A DNA stretch of 64,000 nt, from NCBI GenBank assembly GCA_046347045.1, contig JAXMGX010000002.1:136124-200123 (forward strand). The letters are read 5' to 3'. This DNA is from Steroidobacteraceae bacterium (GTDB lineage Bacteria > Pseudomonadota > Gammaproteobacteria > Steroidobacterales > Steroidobacteraceae). A program made the translations under genes and the position numbers. Shown in pieces: positions 57,343 through 64,000 of this stretch; positions within the stretch are counted from its first letter, which is position 1, and every line of letters begins with the position of its first letter. The notes under the pieces are model-generated. The model saw nothing but the letters and a program-made list of their open reading frames with translations, was not told the DNA's origin and ran no database searches.

Positions 57343-58581
57343 CTATGCCTCGTATTCCTCCCCTGCACTATCCCAGAGCTTCTTAAATAGGGGCTGTAAA
57401 ACTTCACTGACATGGTTTGTCGGTTGCACCTTCTCAACAGAATGATAAATGCGACCATCTACAATCGGCCCCTGCAAACCCAATCCTTTCGGTTTCCGCA
57501 CTTTCAGGTAGAGGTTGTGGATATTCTCAAATCCAACAAACAGCGAAAGGTGGTCAAAGACAAAGCCACTCTGACGGTAGAAGGCTAGATAGTTCTCTAG
57601 CGCATCCGCAAATTGAGCGGACACCATGCCTGCAAGAATGACTTCCTTCTCACCGTCATGTGCAACCAACGCCTGATTGACGCCGACTAGCGCTCCCGTA
57701 TTCTTCCTAAGCTGAGAAACACAGAGGGCGCGATTTTGCTGCGGATTCGAAACTATGTCGCCTGTAATCACGCCATCTTGATTTCGCGACACCCACTGCG
57801 TCCCTCTGGGACCGAAGGCCCGCAATGAAAAGTGATCGTTTACAGCCAGTCCCATTAAGTCTCTAAGACTTTCCGTTTTTGTTCCTGGCGTTGGGCGAAG
57901 CTCGATGTATGCCTGCGGAGCTTCCCTCCATACCACCTCGCCCTTGGAGCCAACCCCTGGGAGTCCAGCATCTACATGAGCTATGACATGCCCATTGGGA
58001 TATCGCCCGGTATCGATCGACTCAAATACCGATCCGACCTTCCCTTTGCCTTCCCCGTCAACCTTGCTCTGACCTTCCGCTCGGGATGCCGCTGCACCGA
58101 GAGCCTCAGTAAGAGACTTTACTAGCCATTCCCTAACCTTCTTCCGCTCCTCCTGCGAAGCGCCCTCTCTCAAACAATAGGTGAGCGGCCATCGACGCGT
58201 CCGCAAATCGAACGGAAGCTCGTCCCTCTTTCCCGTAGCCTCGTTGAATAGCCCAACGATCCGCCTATCTCCGATTGCACGCAGCGCGTAACCCAGCTCG
58301 ATAAGCACGTTTGCATTAGGCGAGCATCGTCCTTCGTCACTTCTGTAAGTAATGCTGAGGTCTGGGCAGAAGACGGCACACGTATCTATCTTGTCAAAAA
58401 TAACTCGCGACACATCGGGCATGCCGGAATACCCCTGGGTGTCCTTATCTAGAACTAACTTGTCGTCGGAGTGGACGGACTGATTGACTTTCGCAATTGC
58501 CTTCTCCAGGCACGACTCGATAAAGGTGCGATTGGTATTGTTCTGAAGCTCACTTTGCCATGCGTAGAATACGGTCTTCAT
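57343..58581 (-). CDS. hypothetical protein: N-terminal TIR-like / nucleoside-2-deoxyribosyltransferase-like domain + unknown ~270-aa C-terminal domain
   Basis: Lower-GC ORF. N-terminus MKTVFYAWQSE..., NANVLIELGYALRAIGDRRIVGLFN, ELPFDLRTRR resemble the COG4271/PF10137-type TIR-like motif set (NV.FELGY ... PSD). The C-terminus is unrecognised. Confidence 0.75.
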   Translation of the reverse strand: MKTVFYAWQSELQNNTNRTFIESCLEKAIAKVNQSVHSDDKLVLDKDTQGYSGMPDVSRVIFDKIDTCAVFCPDLSITYRSDEGRCSPNANVLIELGYALRAIGDRRIVGLFNEATGKRDELPFDLRTRRWPLTYCLREGASQEERKKVREWLVKSLTEALGAAASRAEGQSKVDGEGKGKVGSVFESIDTGRYPNGHVIAHVDAGLPGVGSKGEVVWREAPQAYIELRPTPGTKTESLRDLMGLAVNDHFSLRAFGPRGTQWVSRNQDGVITGDIVSNPQQNRALCVSQLRKNTGALVGVNQALVAHDGEKEVILAGMVSAQFADALENYLAFYRQSGFVFDHLSLFVGFENIHNLYLKVRKPKGLGLQGPIVDGRIYHSVEKVQPTNHVSEVLQPLFKKLWDSAGEEYEA

Positions 58582-58620
58582 CGTGCACTCCCACGATGAT
58601 TCCTAAACAACCTATTCACT

Positions 58621-59590
58621 TCATTCCCTCTCCACTTCCGATCCAGCGAGCTCCCTTAGTGATGCCGCAGGACGCTCAGAACCTTTTTTGAGGTACTCAC
58701 TCACTGATAGACGAGCCGCCGCGCGACCAACATCTCCATGCCCCCAAAGGTTCCTTAGAATCTGCGTGATTGCCTCCGTTGGGTAGTCTGGCAACGATCC
58801 CTGAAGCATCAACATCCACAATTCATTCGCCCTAAGTGGATCACTCTCGCTGAGTCGCGCTAGGCTACGCAGCAACTCTGAGGAGTTGTGGTCTTCATTT
58901 GAATACGGCGCGACCTTCGCGAGTAGGGCCATACTATGGTCATCTAAGCGCTCGACAAATACTGACCACTTACACAAGTACGACGCCACAAGTCGCCCCT
59001 GTTTCGTAGAGACGTCCACTCTTTCGTGGATTGCATCCCAGAGGCGCAAGACCTTGGAGGTGAGCTCGGCGTCCCCTTCCTTTCTCAAAGTCCATACAAA
59101 CCAGGCCAATTGACTCATTTCGTTCGGCTTGGCCCTATTCAACAGATAAGCGAGCAAGCTCTCTGACTTATCTAGAGTTTCGAAATCGTTCACATAGGCA
59201 ATTACGATGTTCTGAATGACTTTGTCAGCCACCTTACTTTTTAGCGAAGGGTCGTCAAGCGCACGTACAAAGTCCCCGTGAACTTTCAGAAACTCGTACA
59301 CATCTGGATAGACTTGCCTCACATAAGAGTAGCCCTGCATCGCACAACGCCATAGATCATAGTGGTCGCTGTCAAATATTTGAGGCAACTTCTCGGTCAC
59401 CCATTCCCTCGACATGTACAGGAAGTTGGGCAGGTAATTCGCCACTAATGTTGAGAACTCGAAACGCCCATTTGCGCGATCGCGCAACTCGGCGTCGAAG
59501 TAGGGCTTGAAACGTTCCCAAATACGAGAATGCCCTGCCCCGGACCGATCGGCCAGGCGGCACGCCCTCAGTGTGAGATTGATCAGTGCC
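58621..59590 (-). pseudogene. 5'-truncated all-helical (HEAT/TPR-like) hypothetical protein; upstream part removed or displaced by IS21
   Basis: The ORF-track 401-aa ORF (58621-59826) crosses the IS21 end at 59591, so only about 323 C-terminal codons are native low-GC sequence. There are 39 nt between its stop and the downstream TIR-like gene. Confidence 0.65.
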
Positions 59591-59640
59591 TGTTGATTTG
59601 CGCCTAAAGCTGACCCGGGATTTGCATCCAAAGTTGACCC
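59591..59640. repeat. IS21 terminal repeat block (istB-proximal end)
   Basis: TGTTGATTTGCGCCTAAAGCTGACCCGGGATTTGCATCCAAAGTTGACCC contains two direct copies of the GATTTGC-N-TGACCC motif. Confidence 0.8.
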
Positions 59641-59663
59641 GCCTTGGTCGTTGTCAGTATCGC

Positions 59664-60439
59664 TCAGGAAGGGTTGGATTTGCCTGTTCGTCGCTCCTTG
59701 CGGGGTTGGGTTGAGCTGTTCTTGAACCGGTAGCTGTCGTTGCCGGTCTCGACGATGTGGCAGTGATGAGTGAACCGGTCCAGCAGTGCGGTGGTCATCT
59801 TTGCGTCGCCGAACACGCTGGCCCACTCCGAGAAGCTCAGGTTGGTGGTCACCAGCACGCTGGTGCGCTCGTAGAGCTTGCTGAGCAGGTGGAACAGCAG
59901 CGCGCCGCCCGTCTGCGAGAACGGCAGGTAGCCCAGCTCATCCAGGATCACCAGGTCAGTGCTGGCGAGACCTCGAGCCAGATGCCCACTGCGGTTCAGC
60001 GCCTTCTCGGCCTCGAGCTGGTTGACCAGATCGACGGTGGAGAAGAACCGCACGCGCAGTCGATGATGCATCACGGCCTGGATGCCGATGGCGGTGGCCA
60101 GATGGGTTTTGCCGGTGCCAGGGCCGCCGACGAACACGACGTTGTGGGCACTGCGCAGGAACTGGCACTCGTGCAGGGTCTTGATGAGCGCGGCATCCAC
60201 ATCGCTGTGCTCGAACCGGAACCCGGCCAGATCACGGTGCGCGGGGAACCGCGCCCCTTGAGCTGGTAGTTGACCGAGCGCACTTCGCGCTCGGCAACCT
60301 CGGCCTTGATCAGGTCTTCCAGTATCGGGCGGGCTTGATTGAACGCAGGTCCATGCTGGGCCGACAGGTCATCCACCGCCTGGGCCATGCCATGGAGCTT
60401 CAGGGACTTGAGGGTGACGGCCAAGGTATCAACCGACAT
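59664..60439 (-). pseudogene. istB: IS21 helper ATPase IstB, frameshifted
   Basis: The N-terminal part MSVDTLAVTLKSLKLHGMAQAV...YQLKG and the C-terminal part ...[10 protein letters not shown]...[11 protein letters not shown]...DELGY are in different frames. The shift lies in the AAGGGGCGCGG run at about 60250-60262. Confidence 0.85.
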
Positions 60440-61953
60440 GGCGATCTCCCAGCAGGTTGTCGTAGCGATCCACGTTGGCCTGTGGCTCTTCCTGCAATGC
60501 CAGGTGCGCCGGCGTGTGGATGGGCGCAGGCGCATCCGTGGCCAGCAGCCGGCTCAGCAGGTTCAGGATGTGCGGCTTGGAGACGGTGCCGGACTCCAGC
60601 GCCAGCTCCACCGCGCACAGCACGGCCTGCTCGTCATGGCGCAGCACCAGTGCGAGGATCTCCACCATCTCCCGATCCCCGCCCGGGCGCTTGAGCAGCA
60701 CGGCCTGCAGTCGCCGGAACCCGTCCGGGAACGTGGCGAACGGCGCGCCGTTGCGCAGCGCGCCGGGCTTGCGCTGGATGACGGCCAGGTAATGGCGCCA
60801 GTCGTAGATCGTGCGCGCCGCGTTGCTGCTGTGATCGCGCGTGAACAGCCGCGCATGCTCGGCGATGATCTGCCCTTCGGCCACCACGACGAGCCGGTCG
60901 GCATAGGCATGCACGCTCACGGGCCGGTTGGCGAAGGAGGCCGGGACGCTGTAGCGGTTGCGCTCGAAGGCGATCAGGCAGGTGGGCGAGACGCGCTTGG
61001 TGTCCTCGACATATCCGTCGAACGGCGATGGCGCGTGCATCAGGTGCGGCTGCTCCTCGGCGAGCACCTCGGCCACGGTGCGATGCGACTGCTCGGGATG
61101 CTTGATCTGGCTCCACTGCGCGATGCAGCGCCGCTGCAGCCAGTCGTTGAGCGCGGGCAGGTCCGGGAACCGGGGCACCTCGTGCCAGATGCGCGGCCTC
61201 GCATCGCGAACGTTCTTCTCGATCTGGCCCTTCTCCCAGCCCGCGGCCGGGTTGCAGAAGTCCGCATCGAACAGGAAGTGGGCGGTCATGGCCCGGAAGC
61301 GCGCGTTGACGGTGCGCTCCTTGCCGCGCCCGACCTTGTCCACGGCGGTCTTCATGTTGTCGTAGATGCCGCGCCGGGCACGCCGCCAAAGACGGCGAAG
61401 GCGTGGTTGTGGGCATCGAAGAGCATCTCGTGGCTCTGCTGCGGATAGGCCCGCAGCAGGAACGCACGGCTGTGGCTGAGCTTGAACTGCGCCACGTAGA
61501 ACTTGCAGCGCTCACCACCGATGACCGCCCAGTCCTCGCTCCAGTCGAACTGGAACGCCTCTCCCGGCGCGAACACCAGAGGCACGAACGTGCCGCGGCT
61601 GGTGCGCTCTGCCTCCTGCTGCCTGCGCTGCCACTGCCGGGCAAAGGCCGCCACCCGGTCGTACGATCCGCGATAACCCAGCGCCTGCAGATCCTGATAA
61701 AGCTGGCGCCAGTTGCGCCGAAGCTTGCGGCCGCGGCCGGCCTCGCGCTCCAGCCAGCAGGCCAACATGTCGGCAAACGGGTCGAGCTTGCTCGGGCTCT
61801 TGCGCTGCGGGTAGACAGGCTCCACCACGCCACTGGCCGGTACTTGCGGATGGTGTTCCGGGACAGCTTGGTGCGCCGGGCAATCTCGCGGATCGGCACC
61901 CCTTCGCGCAGGTGCCAGCGTCGAATAACACTCAATATCGCCACGTCGATCAC
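60429..61953 (-). pseudogene. istA: IS21 transposase IstA, two frameshifts
   Basis: GTG start, MIDVAILSVIRRWHLREGVPIREIARRTKLSRNTIRKY (HTH). Frame change at about 61843-61850, then the DDE core (FQFDWSEDW...), then a second shift in the GTGCCCGGCGC run at about 61370-61375 before RRGIYDNMKTAVDKV. Confidence 0.85.
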
Positions 61954-61984
61954 TCCAGAAATCTCCTGCCCCTGAGAGCAGGAT

Positions 61985-62058
61985 GGGGGTGTACACGTGG
62001 GTCAAAATTGGATGCAAATACCCCTTACAGACGGGTCAGTATTGGGTGCAAATCAACA
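61985..62058. repeat. IS21 terminal repeat block (istA-proximal end)
   Basis: The reverse complement TGTTGATTTGCACCCAATACTGACCCGTCTGTAAGGGGTATTTGCATCCAATTTTGACCC matches the other end. Confidence 0.8.
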
Positions 62059-63148
62059 TGCCGTTCGGCACGACGACGGCGGCGCGCGCCGGGCGGCCCG
62101 CCAAAGTCGGCTGGCGCTTGAGCTTGCGCATGATGAGTTGCAGGAACAGCAGCGCCGTTTCCGCCGTCTGGCGATCCTCGGGGAAGTTGCCTTGAATCCC
62201 TTTCTCTTCCTCCCCGCCGAAAGGCGGGTTAGTGAGGATCACGTCCACGCGCTCCTTCTCGCCGATTTCGGAGAGCCTGAAGCGCAGCGCGTTGCCGGGG
62301 TCGATCTGCGGCGCGTCGAGTCCGTGCAGCAGCAGGTTCATCTGGCAAAGAAGATAGGGAAGCGATTTCGGCTCGCAGCCCGCGATGGTCCTGGTCTGTA
62401 GCTTCTTGCGGTCGGCGACGGTCTTCACCTGTTTCTCAAGGTGGCTGTACGCCTCGACGAGGAAGCCGCCGGTGCCGCTCGCAGGATCGAGCACGGTTTC
62501 ACCAAGGTGCGGGTCCGTGACTTCGACCATGAAACGGACGACGGCGCGGGGCGTGTAGAACTCGCCGGAGTCTCCCGCCGCGTCGCGCATTTCGCGGAGC
62601 ATGGATTCGTAAAGCGCGCCTAGCGTGTGCAGCTCGTCGGACGACGTAAAGTGAATCCCGCCGACCTTGTTCACGATGTCGCGCAGCAGATACCCGCTCT
62701 TCATGCGGTTGTCGACGCCCTTGAACACGGTGGCGATCACGTCGCGGCGGTTGTCGCCATTGGAGCTTGAAAGCCCTCGCAAATACGCGAACAGGCCCGG
62801 CCCCTTCTTTCCGTCGGCCCGCACGGCTTCATCGTTGTTGATGAAGGCGAGAAGTTCGTCGCCGGTGATGCCTTGAGGGTCGGCAGCCCAGTCGCGCCAG
62901 CGACAGGGCTTGTCGATGGCGGGTTTGAACTTCTCGCCCGCGAGCTTGGCCTCCTCCTCGCGCTGCTGTTCGAGGTCGTCGAGGAATTTGAGGAACATGA
63001 TCCAGGTCAGGAGCGGCAGACGGTCGAGGTCGCCGTTCAATCCCTTGTCCTTGCGCATGATGTCGCGGGCGCTTTTGAGGAGGCTGCCGAGCATCTGCGA
63101 GGTGGTCATCGGGGCGGCGGCCTTGCCGCTCTTCTTAGCTTTGGCCAT
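62059..63148 (-). pseudogene. hsdM: type I restriction-modification DNA methyltransferase HsdM, 3'-truncated by IS21
   Basis: HsdM N-domain, AdoMet motif VLDPASGTGGFL and catalytic NPPFGG. The ORF runs into the IS21 end after ...AAVVVPNG, and the last 7 codons are IS-derived. Confidence 0.85.
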
Positions 63149-64000
63149 AGAGGAGTTCTTGCAGGTCGTTTACGGCTTGCCGGAGTTGTTCCGGGCCGCC
63201 GAAGAGCTTGATGATTTCGGCAGGCTGGCCGTGGGTTGAAATTGGTGGAACCTTGAGCACATCCGGCAGGAGGAATTGCGCGTCGCCGTGCTCCGCATAC
63301 TTTTCCAGCAGCTCGTCGAGTATCTGACGGGCTTCCGGGGAGAACTTCTCGAAGTAGTCCTTGCGCTCGGATTTGAGCCGCTGCGCCCGCTCACGGCGGG
63401 AGCGCAGCGGCGCGTTGAAGGCGAGATGACAGAGAAGGTCGAAGGGATCCGCCTCGATCTGTCCGGTCTGTTCGGCCAGCAGCGCGAAGTCGATACCGCG
63501 CTCGGAAAGGGCCGCGATGATTTCAGCGCGCTGCGTGGCATTCGACCAGCGCGAGCGCAGGTCGGCGGAAGTGGGTGCAATGGAGCGGACGCTCTCCGCC
63601 GCGTAATCGCTGTAGCGGACAACGCGAAGCTGGCGTCCGTTGGGGTCGAGCTCATGCACCAGGTGGGCGACGATCTCGACTTGGCCGCCGTCGAAGTAGA
63701 ACTTGCGCGGGGCTTCATCGCCCGGCGGCTCGATGATTCCACCCGGCTCATAGGTTCCAGGCTCTTCCGCAACTTCGAAGACTGTGTCTGTTGCCCCTAT
63801 GGTATTGCCCTCATCATCCACTCGATTCTCGGTGATAAGGACGGGATCCCCGTCGAATTCCGGGTCGGCGAACATGCGGGTTGCCGATCCGGTGTAGTCG
63901 AGGATGTTGAACCAGAGCTTGCCGTAGTCGTCGCGCAAGCGCGTGCCGCGCCCAATGATCTGCTTGAACTCGCTCATGGAGCCGACGATGCGGGCGAGGA
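63135..64000 (-). CDS. hsdR: type I restriction enzyme R subunit HsdR, C-terminal part (5' end outside window)
   Basis: Helicase motif VI QIIGRGTRL followed by an EcoEI-R-C-like C-terminal domain. The frame is open to the window edge. 14-nt overlap with the hsdM start. Confidence 0.85.
   Translation of the reverse strand, partial: LARIVGSMSEFKQIIGRGTRLRDDYGKLWFNILDYTGSATRMFADPEFDGDPVLITENRVDDEGNTIGATDTVFEVAEEPGTYEPGGIIEPPGDEAPRKFYFDGGQVEIVAHLVHELDPNGRQLRVVRYSDYAAESVRSIAPTSADLRSRWSNATQRAEIIAALSERGIDFALLAEQTGQIEADPFDLLCHLAFNAPLRSRRERAQRLKSERKDYFEKFSPEARQILDELLEKYAEHGDAQFLLPDVLKVPPISTHGQPAEIIKLFGGPEQLRQAVNDLQELLYGQS

Larger units (their letters stand above)
59591..62058 (-). mobile_element. IS21-family insertion sequence (about 2.47 kb), decayed: istA with two frameshifts, istB with one
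   Basis: Terminal inverted repeats start TGTTGATTTGC at both ends with internal repeated GATTTGC...TTGACCC motifs. istA-istB order on the minus strand. TGCC is present on both flanks. Confidence 0.88.

Noticed and set aside
62036-62058. The last 7 codons (MLICTQY*) of the 370-aa hsdM ORF
   Set aside because: They are encoded by the IS21 terminal repeat and are not part of the native methyltransferase.
59587-62062. TGCC on both flanks of IS21 as a bona fide 4-bp target-site duplication
   Set aside because: Joining the flanks does not restore the hsdM reading frame into HsdM-like sequence, and the two flanks differ in composition. A 4-nt match can occur by chance. It is kept only as a caveat in the IS21 finding.
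1-64000. tRNA, rRNA, CRISPR arrays, long tandem repeats, integrase/att sites
   Set aside because: No cloverleaf-like or repeat-spacer patterns were noticed in the intergenic regions by manual reading. The only repeats found are the IS termini and short palindromes listed above. A tRNAscan/CRISPR-finder run would be needed to be definitive.

Overview
High-GC (about 65-70% by eye) chromosomal segment that looks like a betaproteobacterium (Burkholderiales-type gene content). No rRNA, tRNA or CRISPR array was seen. From 1 to about 53.7 kb the window is densely packed core or metabolic DNA. It holds housekeeping genes and regulators (sdaA, htpX, LysR, GGDEF, NarL-type and MarR regulators). It also holds a TonB-dependent maltodextrin/starch utilisation locus (TBDR, two GH13, GH97, LacI, MFS) and a complete assimilatory nitrate/nitrite cluster (narK-nirB-nirD fusion-nasA with a divergent PP2C/Ser-Thr kinase gene). 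Further along are a cioAB-type cytochrome bd oxidase with a YdeP-like molybdoenzyme, cardiolipin synthase, and an AraC/protoglobin/MFS/CDGSH cluster. From about 53.7 kb to the window end the DNA is a decayed mosaic accessory region. In order it contains an AraC gene scar, a quinohemoprotein alcohol dehydrogenase decapitated by an IS3(IS407-group) element, and a visibly lower-GC two-gene cassette (5'-truncated helical protein plus a TIR-like-domain protein). These are followed by a frameshifted IS21-family element and a type I R-M remnant (truncated hsdM, hsdR running off the window, no hsdS). The best candidate for an undescribed system is the low-GC TIR-like cassette between the two IS elements, although this copy is damaged. 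Secondary candidates are the MarR/unknown enzyme/EamA cassette, the protoglobin cluster and the NirD-reductase fusion. Many long ORFs in the six-frame track are antisense shadow ORFs typical of high-GC DNA and were not called.
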